From positions 12,415 through 76,414 of the forward strand of contig JAEEQH010000013.1 in the NCBI GenBank assembly GCA_016285245.1: a DNA stretch of 64,000 nt. Reading direction: 5' to 3'. Both the position numbers and the translations under genes were made by a program. Each line of letters opens with the position of its first letter. The stretch's first letter is position 1. Below the pieces are notes generated by a model that saw only the letters and a program-made list of their open reading frames with translations, was not told the origin of the DNA and did not search any database. The DNA comes from Prevotella sp. Lineage in GTDB: Bacteria; Bacteroidota; Bacteroidia; Bacteroidales; Bacteroidaceae. Below are positions 8,749 to 18,937 of this stretch, one piece after another.

Positions 8749-11700
8749 TTAACGTTTGCGAAACAGCTCGCCAAGTCTGCCGAAGTCCTTTTTCATGATG
8801 AGTCCGATGCCCTGAGTGTTCAGACTGGAACGTGTGAAGTAGCGGTCGTTCGTCTGGTTGTAGACCTTCAGGGCGAGGTTGCCACTGGGGTAGAGCAGGT
8901 AGCGGATGTCGAAGTCGCCGATGAACGACTGAGTGGCCTGTGCGGCATTGTCGCGGTAGCCGAACTGGCCGTTGATGAGCAGGCGGTTGTTCAGCATACG
9001 GCCGTTGACGATACCTTCGTACTCAGCATTGTTCCATCCCTCGGTGCCGGTCGAGATGTTGGCACCGAAGTTCCAGTCGTCGTTCTTGATGACCGATGAC
9101 AGGACGTTGTTCAGCTGGCTCGACAGCGTTCCGGAGAGCAGCGACTGCATGGCCAGCGATGTCTGGTCCTGCGACGACTGTTCGTTGTTCATGCCCTGCT
9201 GGTAGAAACGTCCGATGGTGAGCAGGTAGAGCACCTGCTGGTTCATCTCCTGTTCGCCGTTGATGACGGAGCGCACCATCTGCTGCTCGTCGGCGTTCAC
9301 CGTTGGCATATCCAAGTCGAAGTCCACCCGTGGCTGGTTCGGCTGTCCGGTGATGTTCATCAGGCAGTTGACGCGGATGGTGTTCTGGGAGAAGGAGTTG
9401 CCTATGGAAAGGTCCGAGAGCGACACCCCCTGTACGGGGTAGGCAGCCTGGAGCTGAAGGGCAGCGTCATAGGGATCGCCGCCGAAGACGATGGTGCCTC
9501 CCGGGTTGAACGTGAAGTTCTTCTTGATGATGTTCTGGATGGTGATGCCGTAGGTGCCGTGGTCGACGGTGTAGGTGCCGAACATCTGGAAGGTCCCCTT
9601 ATTATAATAGGTGGCGCGGAGGACGCCAGAGCCGTTGAGGGTGATATAGTCGCCTGTCGACGCATCCATCAGCAGACGCATCGTGGCATCGGGGTTGGCA
9701 TAGATGTTGAAGTTCAGGTAGATGTCAGTGCGCGATGACGGCAGCTCGGGGGCGTGTCCTGTTCCATTACCATTCTCCTGCTCTCCTGCCTCTTCTTGCC
9801 CTCGGCTTCTCCATGTAATGAACTCCTGGTTGGAGATGGCATCCGGCGAGGCAACGTTATAGGTGAACAGGGAACCGCGCAGCGGGGTGACGTCGCAGTC
9901 GATGGTGACACGGCCAGGGCGACCTTGTATGGCTACATCGCCAGCGGCAAAGACGGTGCCGTAGAACGTGTTATCGCCGAAGTCCTTGACATCGTAACCA
10001 TGCAAAAGGTCGGTATGGACAGCGAGGTCGAAGGTCAGGTTCGTCAGGTGCTCGTGGTGGATGCCGCCGCTGAGCAGTCCGACATTGTCGTATTTGTCGT
10101 AGATGGGAATCTCGCGGAGAAGAATATCGTCGGGAACCAGACGTACGGTGTCGTGCCGCAACGTGTACGTCGTGCCCAGCGGTGTGACGGTAGCCTGTCC
10201 GTCGACGACGAGCATACCCGTCAGCTGCATCGTCGACAGCGGTCCGTGCAGACGCACGTCACCCTGTGCGTGTCCGCTGATATTGCTGAGGAACGAGCTG
10301 GTGAACGACTTCAGGAAGTCGATATGTGTGCCACGGGCACCGATGGAGAGGTCAATATGGCTCCGCTCGGGCGACACGTAGCCGCGGATGATGGTCTGGG
10401 CATCGTCGCCGTCGTTGGCAACGGCATCGATGTCTACCTGCTTCAACTGGCGGTTCCAGTCGACGTTGGCGCTGAGCGTACCCATGCGCCCCTCCTGGAA
10501 GGTGAAGTGGTCGACGGTGAGGTCGGCGTGCATGGACGGGTCGTTTTTGACCGAAGCGATAACGGCACGGCCTGTCGCCTTGCCGGTGAAGTCGACAGCA
10601 TGGAAGTTGACGAGGTCGAGGATATAGGCTACCTCCATCTTGTTGAGGTCGACCATCAGCTCATCGTCAGCCTCGGAGCCAGCTCTGCCGTTGACAATGA
10701 TATGCTGATCGCCGTTCTTCACGGTGAAACTGTTGATATCGAGGCCCTTTGGGTTGTAGATCATGTCTGATGCCTCAACGTGCCACAACTCTCCGCCAAG
10801 GTAGATGGGCGAGGGTGTGATGGTGACGTGGGCCTCGGCCTCATTGCGGAGGTTACGGTAGAGGTGTGTCACCGCATCGAGCCGTCCTTTCATCTGCTTC
10901 TCCACGCTATTGTCGTCCCATGACAGGGCAGTCGTCAGGTTGTTGTTGGCGGCATTGGCCTGAAGCAACAGCGACATGGGGAGGCCGCGGTCGTCGATCC
11001 TGGTGAGCGAGACGTCGGCAAACATCGTGTCGTTGGGTGTGGTGATGCTGATATAGCAGTCTTTGTAGTCGACGCCGTTATAGACGAAGTTTGGCACGAC
11101 GGCATCGACATTCAGCTGTCTGCTGCCATCGTTGACGGTGGCCGTCAGGTCGAGTGGCTCCTGCAGCAGGAGATTGATGCCTGTCAGCTTCTCCAGCCAA
11201 CTGGTCTCTGCCATCGTCAGATGGAGCGTGAAGTTGTTGTTGACGCTGTTGGTCAGACGGGGCAGTCCGGGCAGGGTAGGAAGCTTCGAACCAACGATGT
11301 TGGCGGTGCTCTGCTGCAATGTGGCGAAGTCGAACTGCCCTTTCAGCGTGGCGTGAGCCATGTCGCTGTACAGCTTGACAACATGGAGGTTGTCCTCGTA
11401 GCCAGACTCTATACGCAAGAAACTTAAGTTGAAGTCTTTCTCAGGCAGATGAAGGTCTGAGAGGTTGACGGTGCCCGTGAAGTCCTTCAGCGAGGTGGCG
11501 TTGACATCTGCCTCCAGCCGTGTGCGTATGCGTTCATCATTGACTGTCAGCCATCCGTTGAGGTGGTTGTCAGCGTACTGTCCGTCGAGACTGATTTGCT
11601 GATAGTCGTGACCGTCGAAGGTGAGGGTGGGGATGTTACCCGAAGCCATGAGGCTAGCCAGCTTGTTGCCGTTGAGTTTGCCGCTCACCTCAAGGTCTGC

Positions 11701-12987
11701 CGCCAGCGTTCCCAGACGGCTGTTGTCCAGCAGCTGTCCCAAGGCCATGCCGTCAGTCTTCAAATGTCCGGTGAAAACACGGTTTTCTGTCCATCTGACA
11801 TCACTCTTCAGACTACCGGCATCCGTCCTGATGTCGGTGTCGGCAGTCAGTGTGCCATCACTATCGCCACTCAAGGTGCCTGTCATCTGGATATCACCCA
11901 GTCGCATGACAGCATCGGGTAGGGTGGTGGCGTTTTTGCCGATGAAATCGAGTGTTTCGTTGCTGACATGAAACTGGTTGATGATAGCGTTCCATTCCGG
12001 ATGTGCCCCTTTTGCCTGATGGTAATAGCCTTGCGCTGACAATGCCAAATCCCCTTTGTTAGAGGCAAGGCTCAGCTGTGGGATGTTGATGCTGTTAGGG
12101 GTCCCGAAAAATGTCGACGACAATGAAATGGCGTGTTGGTAATTCTTTAGCCAAGGAACGAAACATCTTAGTTCAGAAGGTGTTATGGCGGTATTTGAAA
12201 TGACGCCATTGAACTGGAGTGTCTCTTTCAAACGGTCGCGTTGATAGGTGGCCACGATGCTGTCGGCGTGGAGTATGGACTCTGGCAATTGCAGGCTGAA
12301 ATCGCGTAGCGACGCTCCGCATTTGTTGGCAATCAAGTGGAAGGCAGTACGCTGGACGTCCAAGCCCGACTGCTCGCTGAAGGCCAGGCGCTTCACCTTG
12401 ACATTCAACGAATCGTCAGTGAGAGCCTTGAGGTTGATGTGAGCGCTGATATTCTTGACGTGCAGGTGCGAGGGGTTGAAGCGTCCTGGTGTCGGTGCCA
12501 CGTCCCACTGGTCATAGCTGATGTTGGAGTGGCGCATGATGAACGAGTTGATGCGCAGGTCCAGCGGTTTGTGCTGTGTCGTGTCTTTCGATGCCAGTGA
12601 GTCGAGGACAAACTGGAAGTTAGGCGCCGACAGCGAGTCGTTCCTGTAGAGGGAGGCGTTCACGCCGAAGATTTGTGCCGATGAAATGGCGATTTTTCCT
12701 TGTGCCAGCGGTGTCAGTTCTACTTTCGCCGACAGTCGGTTGGCTCGTAACATCTCCTTCTTCTGCTGGTCGTAGATCAGGATGTCGTCGATGATGACGC
12801 GGTTGAGCAGTCCGAGGTTGATCTTTCCGACGCTGACCGTTGTGCCAAGTTTCTCCTCCAAGGCTCCTGCCACCATGTTGCCCATGAACCGTTGTACGGC
12901 GGGGATCTCTATACCGACCAAAACCAAGACGTACAGACCCATCAGAGTCCATACCGTCCAGTTGATGATACGCTTCAGTTTGTTCAC
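8749..12987 (-). CDS. TamB/AsmA-like translocation-assembly module protein
   Basis: About 1410 aa, N-terminal TM anchor, beta-rich body, C-terminal LNNRLLINGQFGYRDN...NTQGIGL. In-frame GTG at 12987 lies downstream of a TAATTTTG promoter near 13041-13048. Confidence 0.85.
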   Translation of the reverse strand: MNKLKRIINWTVWTLMGLYVLVLVGIEIPAVQRFMGNMVAGALEEKLGTTVSVGKINLGLLNRVIIDDILIYDQQKKEMLRANRLSAKVELTPLAQGKIAISSAQIFGVNASLYRNDSLSAPNFQFVLDSLASKDTTQHKPLDLRINSFIMRHSNISYDQWDVAPTPGRFNPSHLHVKNISAHINLKALTDDSLNVKVKRLAFSEQSGLDVQRTAFHLIANKCGASLRDFSLQLPESILHADSIVATYQRDRLKETLQFNGVISNTAITPSELRCFVPWLKNYQHAISLSSTFFGTPNSINIPQLSLASNKGDLALSAQGYYHQAKGAHPEWNAIINQFHVSNETLDFIGKNATTLPDAVMRLGDIQMTGTLSGDSDGTLTADTDIRTDAGSLKSDVRWTENRVFTGHLKTDGMALGQLLDNSRLGTLAADLEVSGKLNGNKLASLMASGNIPTLTFDGHDYQQISLDGQYADNHLNGWLTVNDERIRTRLEADVNATSLKDFTGTVNLSDLHLPEKDFNLSFLRIESGYEDNLHVVKLYSDMAHATLKGQFDFATLQQSTANIVGSKLPTLPGLPRLTNSVNNNFTLHLTMAETSWLEKLTGINLLLQEPLDLTATVNDGSRQLNVDAVVPNFVYNGVDYKDCYISITTPNDTMFADVSLTRIDDRGLPMSLLLQANAANNNLTTALSWDDNSVEKQMKGRLDAVTHLYRNLRNEAEAHVTITPSPIYLGGELWHVEASDMIYNPKGLDINSFTVKNGDQHIIVNGRAGSEADDELMVDLNKMEVAYILDLVNFHAVDFTGKATGRAVIASVKNDPSMHADLTVDHFTFQEGRMGTLSANVDWNRQLKQVDIDAVANDGDDAQTIIRGYVSPERSHIDLSIGARGTHIDFLKSFTSSFLSNISGHAQGDVRLHGPLSTMQLTGMLVVDGQATVTPLGTTYTLRHDTVRLVPDDILLREIPIYDKYDNVGLLSGGIHHEHLTNLTFDLAVHTDLLHGYDVKDFGDNTFYGTVFAAGDVAIQGRPGRVTIDCDVTPLRGSLFTYNVASPDAISNQEFITWRSRGQEEAGEQENGNGTGHAPELPSSRTDIYLNFNIYANPDATMRLLMDASTGDYITLNGSGVLRATYYNKGTFQMFGTYTVDHGTYGITIQNIIKKNFTFNPGGTIVFGGDPYDAALQLQAAYPVQGVSLSDLSIGNSFSQNTIRVNCLMNITGQPNQPRVDFDLDMPTVNADEQQMVRSVINGEQEMNQQVLYLLTIGRFYQQGMNNEQSSQDQTSLAMQSLLSGTLSSQLNNVLSSVIKNDDWNFGANISTGTEGWNNAEYEGIVNGRMLNNRLLINGQFGYRDNAAQATQSFIGDFDIRYLLYPSGNLALKVYNQTNDRYFTRSSLNTQGIGLIMKKDFGRLGELFRKR

Positions 12988-13161
12988 TTGGTTGTCAGTT
13001 CGAGATAGCAAAATGTTTTCTGCTATTTTCTTTGATGTTGCAAAATTACGATAATTTCTTGTGATAAGTGCATTTTTCGAAGTAAAAATCAACAATAATC
13101 CATATTTTTTTAGTATTTTTGCACGCGATTAACGCGTTAATTTAATCAAACATTTATATAA

Positions 13162-14505
13162 ATGGCAAATGTAATCAAGTTAAGTAAAGGCTTGGACATT
13201 CATCTTCAGGGCAAAGCTGAGGAGAAACTCGTGCAGCTGAAATCGAACGGCCAGTATGCGCTGGTACCCGACGATTTCGAGGGCGTTACTCCAAAGGTTG
13301 TTGTCAAGGAAGGTGTCACTGTCAAGGCCGGGGATGCCTTGTTTGTCAACAAGCAGTATCCCGAAGTGAAGTTTGCTTCGCCCGTCAGCGGAACAGTCCG
13401 CGAGGTGGTGCGTGGCGAGCGTCGTAAGGTGCTCTGCGTCAAGGTTGAAGCCGACAAAGAGCAGCAGTATACGGACTTTGGCAAGAAAGATGTGTCAAAG
13501 ATGAACGGTCAGCAGGTGATTGATGCGCTGCTGGAAGCCGGCATCTTCGGATACATCAATCAGTTGCCTTATGCTGTGTCAACGAATCCTACTGTTCAGC
13601 CTAAGGCCATTTTCGTTTCTGCCTTGCGTGATAAACCCCTCGCTGCTGACTTCGAGTACGAGGTGAAAGGTCAGGAGCTGGAGTTCCAGACAGGTCTCAC
13701 CGCGCTCTCCAAGATTGCCAAGACGTACCTTGGCATTGGTGTCGATTCCAAACTCGAGGAGATGAGGGACGTCGAGGTGACGGTCTTCGCCGGTAAGTGT
13801 CCTGCCGGTAACGTTGGTGTTCATGTCAACCATCTGGACCCTGTCAACAAGGGTGAGGTGGTTTGGACGATTGGCGATCCTACAGTAGTACTCTTTATCG
13901 GCCGTCTGTTCAGCACGGGCAAGGTGAATCTGAAGCGCCTTGTTGCTCTCTGTGGCAGCGAGGTGAAGGCGCCTGCCTATGTCGATATGCTCGTTGGTGA
14001 GGAACTCTCCACGTTGCTGTCGAACAGCTACGATCCCGACCATCATGTGCGTATCATCAATGGTAACGTGCTCACCGGCCGTCCCACAACGAAGGAGGGC
14101 TTCCTTGGTGCTCACACCTCTGAGATTACCGTGATTCCCGAGGGAGACAATGCCGACGAGATGCTGGGTTGGATTCTGCCGCGCTTTAAGCAGTTCTCCG
14201 TGAACCGCAGCTACTTCTCCTGGCTCTGTGGCAAGAAGAACTACGCGCTCGATGCCCGTGTGAAGGGTGGTGAGCGCCACATGATTATGAGCGGCGAGTA
14301 CGACAAGGTGCTGCCGATGGATATCTATGGTGAATACCTCATCAAGGCCATCATCTCTGGCGATATCGATCGTCAGGAGGCGCTGGGTATCTACGAGGTT
14401 GCTCCTGAGGACTTCGCTCTTGCAGAATTCGTGGATTCATCGAAGTTGGAATTGCAGCGCATCGTGCGTGAAGGACTGAATATTTTACGTAAAGAAAACG
14501 CATAA
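13162..14505 (+). CDS. nqrA: Na+-translocating NADH:quinone reductase subunit A
   Basis: IKLSKGLDI, FASPVSG, CPAGNVG, PEDFALAEFVDSSK; first gene of a six-gene operon. Confidence 0.95.
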   Translation: MANVIKLSKGLDIHLQGKAEEKLVQLKSNGQYALVPDDFEGVTPKVVVKEGVTVKAGDALFVNKQYPEVKFASPVSGTVREVVRGERRKVLCVKVEADKEQQYTDFGKKDVSKMNGQQVIDALLEAGIFGYINQLPYAVSTNPTVQPKAIFVSALRDKPLAADFEYEVKGQELEFQTGLTALSKIAKTYLGIGVDSKLEEMRDVEVTVFAGKCPAGNVGVHVNHLDPVNKGEVVWTIGDPTVVLFIGRLFSTGKVNLKRLVALCGSEVKAPAYVDMLVGEELSTLLSNSYDPDHHVRIINGNVLTGRPTTKEGFLGAHTSEITVIPEGDNADEMLGWILPRFKQFSVNRSYFSWLCGKKNYALDARVKGGERHMIMSGEYDKVLPMDIYGEYLIKAIISGDIDRQEALGIYEVAPEDFALAEFVDSSKLELQRIVREGLNILRKENA

Positions 14506-14507
14506 CT

Positions 14508-15665
14508 ATGTCAGCATTAAGAAATTATCTCAATAAGATCAAGCCGAATTTCGAGGAGGGTGGCAAGCTTCATGCCTTCCGCTCGGTATTCGACGGCTTT
14601 GAGACCTTCCTCTATGTGCCTAATGACACGGCGAAGGCAGGTGGCGTGAACATTCACGACGCCATCGACTCGAAGCGCATTATGAGTATGGTTGTCATCG
14701 CCCTGATGCCCGCCATGCTGTTTGGTATGTATAACATCGGCTACCAGAACTATGCGGCTGCCGGCACACTCGCCACGGCATCGTTCTGCGAGATATTCAT
14801 CTACGGCTTCCTCGCCGTTCTGCCGAAGATTCTGGTGAGCTACATCGTCGGTTTGGGCATCGAGTTTGCCTGGGCACAGTGGAAGGGTGAGGAAATCCAG
14901 GAGGGTTACCTCGTTTCAGGTATCATCATTCCTCTGATTATTCCTATCGGCTGTCCGCTGTGGATGCTGGCGCTGGCCTGCGCTTTCAGCGTCATCTTCT
15001 GTAAGGAGATCTTCGGTGGCACGGGTATGAATATCTTCAACCCCGCCGTGGCAGCTCGTATGTTCCTGTTCTTCGCCTATCCGTCGAAGATGACTGGCGA
15101 CACCGTCTGGGTGGCTCAGGACAGTATCTTCGGTCTGGGTAACGACCTGGCCGACGGCTTTACCGCTGCTACGCCGCTTGGTCAGCTGGCACAGAACATC
15201 ACTCCCGATGCCTCTATCCTTGATATGGCCCTCGGCTTTATCCCCGGTTCTATCGGTGAAACCAGCCTGATTGCTATCGCCATCGGCGCCGTTATCCTGC
15301 TGTGGACGGGCATCGCCTCGTGGCGTACCATGCTGAGCGTCTTCGTCGGTGGTATCGCACTGGCTCTGCTGTTCGAGCAGACTGGTCAGGGCATGACCTG
15401 GTGGCACCACTTCGTGATGGGTGGCTTCGCCTTCGGTGCTGTGTTTATGGCTACCGACCCTGTGACTTCGTGCCGCACCACTACTGGTCAGTACATCTAC
15501 GGTTTCCTGATTGGTGCAATGGCTATCATCATCCGCGTGCTTAACGCCGGTTATCCTGAGGGTATGATGCTTGCCATCTTCTTTGGTAATATGTTTGCTC
15601 CCACCATCGACCACTTCGTTGTGGAGCGCAATATCTCGAAACGCCAGAAAAGATTGAAGAATTAA
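14508..15665 (+). CDS. nqrB: Na+-NQR subunit B
   Basis: Polytopic membrane protein; KEIFGGTGMNIFNPA, FMN site ATPL, FMATDPV. Confidence 0.95.
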   Translation: MSALRNYLNKIKPNFEEGGKLHAFRSVFDGFETFLYVPNDTAKAGGVNIHDAIDSKRIMSMVVIALMPAMLFGMYNIGYQNYAAAGTLATASFCEIFIYGFLAVLPKILVSYIVGLGIEFAWAQWKGEEIQEGYLVSGIIIPLIIPIGCPLWMLALACAFSVIFCKEIFGGTGMNIFNPAVAARMFLFFAYPSKMTGDTVWVAQDSIFGLGNDLADGFTAATPLGQLAQNITPDASILDMALGFIPGSIGETSLIAIAIGAVILLWTGIASWRTMLSVFVGGIALALLFEQTGQGMTWWHHFVMGGFAFGAVFMATDPVTSCRTTTGQYIYGFLIGAMAIIIRVLNAGYPEGMMLAIFFGNMFAPTIDHFVVERNISKRQKRLKN

Positions 15666-15677
15666 AAAATTGAAGTT

Positions 15678-16283
15678 ATGGCTAAGTTAAATACAAATAG
15701 TAACGCGTACATTATTATATATAGCGCGATACTCGTGGTCATCGTGGCTTTTCTGCTGGCGTTCGTCTATCAGGCCTTGAAGCCTATGCAGGATGCTAAC
15801 GTGGCGCTCGACGTGAAGAAACAGATTCTCTATTCGCTGAATATCCGTGACCTGGACGGTTCGGCTGCCGAGGCTAAGTATGCCGAGGTGGTAAAGGACG
15901 AACAGGAGCAGGATGGACAGAAGATCTATGCTTGTCAGATTGATGGCAAGGATATCCAGGTAGTTAGCCTGAAGGGCATGGGCCTTTGGGGCGGTATCAG
16001 CGGCTATCTTGCTATCGATCCAGAGGGCAAAGTTTTCGGTGCTTACTTCAACCATGAGGGCGAGACCGCCGGTCTGGGTGCTGAAATCAAGGACTCTCAG
16101 GCTTGGCAGGAGAAGTTCATCGGTAAGCAAATCTGGGATGAGAACGGCAACGTGGTACTCTCTGTCGTCAAGAAGGTTGATGACCCCGCTACTCAGGTTG
16201 ACTGCGTAACTGGTGCTACCCTGACTTCGAATGGCGTTGATGCCATGCTGAAGGACGGTCTCAAGAATCTGCAGAATAAATAG
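15678..16283 (+). CDS. nqrC: Na+-NQR subunit C
   Basis: GLWG, HEGETAGLG, FMN-binding TGATLTS. Confidence 0.93.
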   Translation: MAKLNTNSNAYIIIYSAILVVIVAFLLAFVYQALKPMQDANVALDVKKQILYSLNIRDLDGSAAEAKYAEVVKDEQEQDGQKIYACQIDGKDIQVVSLKGMGLWGGISGYLAIDPEGKVFGAYFNHEGETAGLGAEIKDSQAWQEKFIGKQIWDENGNVVLSVVKKVDDPATQVDCVTGATLTSNGVDAMLKDGLKNLQNK

Positions 16284-16314
16284 TCAATTGTAAATTGTCA
16301 AATTGTAAATTACT

Positions 16315-16938
16315 ATGGCATTATTCAGTAAACAAAATAAAGAGGTTTTTACTAATCCGTTGAACCTCGACCATCCCATTCTCGGACAGGTACTCGGTAT
16401 CTGCTCGGCGCTGGCTGTGACCTCGCAGTTGAAGCCCGCCATCGTGATGGGTCTCGCTGTGACGGTCATCACCGCCTTTGCGAATGTGATTATCTCGATT
16501 ATCCGCAACACCATTCCTAACCGCATCCGTATCGTGGTTCAGCTGGTGGTTGTGGCTGCTCTCGTAACCATCGTTTCCCAGATTCTGAAGGCTTTCGCCT
16601 ACGATGTCAGCGTTCAGCTCTCTGTGTATGTCGGTCTAATCATCACCAACTGTATCCTGATGGGTCGCCTCGAGGCCTTCGCCATGCAGAACAAGCCCTG
16701 GCCGTCGTTCCTCGACGGTGTGGGTAACGGTCTGGGCTACGCCATGATCCTGGTCATCGTGGGTGCTGTCCGTGAGTTGCTGGGCCGCGGTTCTCTGCTG
16801 GGCTTCCAACTCATTCCCGATGCCTGCTACGACTTCGGCTATGTAAACAACGGTATGATGACGATGCCTGCTATGGCGCTCATCCTCGTTGGCTGTGTGA
16901 TTTGGGTTCATCGTGCATATTTCTACAAAGAGAAATAA
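16315..16938 (+). CDS. nqrD: Na+-NQR subunit D
   Basis: LGICSALAVT, LIITNCILMGRLEAFA. Confidence 0.95.
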   Translation: MALFSKQNKEVFTNPLNLDHPILGQVLGICSALAVTSQLKPAIVMGLAVTVITAFANVIISIIRNTIPNRIRIVVQLVVVAALVTIVSQILKAFAYDVSVQLSVYVGLIITNCILMGRLEAFAMQNKPWPSFLDGVGNGLGYAMILVIVGAVRELLGRGSLLGFQLIPDACYDFGYVNNGMMTMPAMALILVGCVIWVHRAYFYKEK

Positions 16939-16984
16939 TTCGTGTAATTCGTTAAATTCGTTGTAGAAAAATATTTGAAGTAAT

Positions 16985-17611
16985 ATGGAACACGCAATAT
17001 CATTACTATTTAGGTCGATTTTCGTCGACAATATGATCTTCGCCTTCTTCCTCGGCATGTGCTCTTACTTGGCAGTGTCGAAGACCGTGAAGACTTCGCT
17101 GGGACTCGGTCTCGCCGTGACCTTCGTGCTCACCGTGACCGTTCCCGTCAACTATCTGTTGCAGACCAAGGTGCTGGGTCCCGACTGCCTCGTCGAGGGC
17201 GTCGACCTCAGCTACCTGTCGTTCATCCTCTTCATCGCCGTGATTGCCGGTATGGTGCAGTTGGTCGAGATGACGGTCGAGAAGTACTCTCCTTCGCTCT
17301 ATGCTGCGCTGGGTATCTTCCTGCCGTTGATTGCCGTGAACTGTGCTATCATGGGTGCCTCGCTGTTCATGCAGCAGCGCATCCTCATGGACCCCTCTAA
17401 CTCGCAGGCCATCACCAGCGTCTGGGATGCCATCATCTACGGCTTCGGCTCTGGTATCGGTTGGGCACTGGCCATCGTGGCTATGGGTGCCATCCGCGAG
17501 AAGATGCAGTACTCGGACGTGCCCAAGCCTCTGCAGGGCCTCGGCATCGTGTTTATCACCGTGGGCCTCATGGCTATGGCAATGATGTGTTTCTCAGGAC
17601 TGAACATATAA
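16985..17611 (+). CDS. nqrE: Na+-NQR subunit E
   Basis: [26 protein letters not shown]. Confidence 0.95.
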   Translation: MEHAISLLFRSIFVDNMIFAFFLGMCSYLAVSKTVKTSLGLGLAVTFVLTVTVPVNYLLQTKVLGPDCLVEGVDLSYLSFILFIAVIAGMVQLVEMTVEKYSPSLYAALGIFLPLIAVNCAIMGASLFMQQRILMDPSNSQAITSVWDAIIYGFGSGIGWALAIVAMGAIREKMQYSDVPKPLQGLGIVFITVGLMAMAMMCFSGLNI

Positions 17612-17644
17612 GATTGAAGAATTGAAAAATTGAAGAATTGAAAT

Positions 17645-18913
17645 ATGGCACAGTTTATAGCATATAGCATTGGAGTATTCCTCATTGTCATACTCCTCTT
17701 GGTGATTATCCTGTTGGTGGCAAAGAAGTACCTGAGCCCCAGCGGTAATGTGAATATTACAGTTAACGGCGACAAGGTGCTGAACGTACCTCAGGGCAAT
17801 AACCTGATGGCTACCCTCAACCAGAACGGCATCTTCCTGCCCTCAGCCTGTGGTGGTAAGGCCAGCTGCGGACAGTGTAAGGTCCAGGTGCTCGAGGGTG
17901 GTGGCGAGATTCTCGACTCAGAGAAACCGCACTTCACCCGTAAGCAGATCAAGGACCACTGGCGCCTCGGCTGCCAGTGCAAGGTAAAGGGCGACCTGAA
18001 GATTCACGTCGACGAGTCGATCCTCGGCGTCAAGGAGTACGAGTGTACCGTTATTAGTAACAAGAACGTGGCTACCTTCATCAAGGAGTTCAAGGTGCAG
18101 CTGCCTGCTGGCGAGCACATGGACTTCCTGCCTGGCTCCTACGCTCAGATTAAGATTCCTAAGTTCGATTGCATCGACTACGATAAGGACTTCGACAAGA
18201 GCCTCATTGGCGACGAGTATCTGCCCAGTTGGGAGAAGTTCGGACTGTTCCCGCTGAAGTGTAAGAACCCCGAGGACACCATCCGCGCATACTCGATGGC
18301 CAACTATCCCGCCGAGGGCGACGTCTTCATGCTCACCGTTCGTATCGCTACACCGCCGTTCAAGGCTGACAAGAGCGGCTTCATGGATGTGAACCCCGGT
18401 ATCGCTTCGTCGTACATCTTCTCGCTGAAACCCGGCGACAAGGTGATTATGAGTGGTCCGTTCGGCGACTTCCACCCGCACTTCGACTCGAAGAAGGAGA
18501 TGATCTGGGTAGGTGGTGGTGCCGGTATGGCTCCGCTGCGTGCTCAGATCATGCACATGACCAAGACGCTGCACACCACCGATCGCGAGATGCACTACTT
18601 CTATGGTGCCCGTGCGCTGAACGAGGTGTTCTATCTCGAGGACTTCCTCGGCTTGGAGGAGGAGTATCCCAACTTCCACTTCCACCTCGCCTTGGACCGT
18701 CCCGATCCCGCAGCCGATGCCGCTGGCGTGAAGTACACCCCGGGCTTCGTCCATCAGGTGATGCTGAACACCTACCTGAAGGATCACGAGGCTCCCGAGG
18801 ATATCGAGTACTACATGTGCGGCCCTGGCCCGATGTCGAAGGCCGTCGTCTCGATGCTCGACTCCCTCGGCGTCGATCCCGAGTCGATCATGTACGACAA
18901 CTTCGGAGGATAA
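17645..18913 (+). CDS. nqrF: Na+-NQR subunit F
   Basis: 2Fe-2S motif CGGKASCGQC...C, RAYSMAN, GGGAGMAP, YMCGP, terminal DNFGG. Confidence 0.96.
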   Translation: MAQFIAYSIGVFLIVILLLVIILLVAKKYLSPSGNVNITVNGDKVLNVPQGNNLMATLNQNGIFLPSACGGKASCGQCKVQVLEGGGEILDSEKPHFTRKQIKDHWRLGCQCKVKGDLKIHVDESILGVKEYECTVISNKNVATFIKEFKVQLPAGEHMDFLPGSYAQIKIPKFDCIDYDKDFDKSLIGDEYLPSWEKFGLFPLKCKNPEDTIRAYSMANYPAEGDVFMLTVRIATPPFKADKSGFMDVNPGIASSYIFSLKPGDKVIMSGPFGDFHPHFDSKKEMIWVGGGAGMAPLRAQIMHMTKTLHTTDREMHYFYGARALNEVFYLEDFLGLEEEYPNFHFHLALDRPDPAADAAGVKYTPGFVHQVMLNTYLKDHEAPEDIEYYMCGPGPMSKAVVSMLDSLGVDPESIMYDNFGG

Positions 18914-18937
18914 GACATTACAATAGTCTAGCTTAAT

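Noticed and set aside
9770-9808. Possible repeat-derived insertion in TamB (SRGQEEAGEQENG)
   Set aside because: Only two clear TCTCCTGC copies; too degenerate to count with the in-frame heptamer cases.
12988-13095. Extended N-terminus of TamB in the ORF track (similarly the starts at 1486, 50371, 55135, 56461 and 60659)
   Set aside because: These upstream in-frame starts overlap promoters, repeats or the preceding gene; downstream ATG/GTG starts give plausible signal or TM N-termini.
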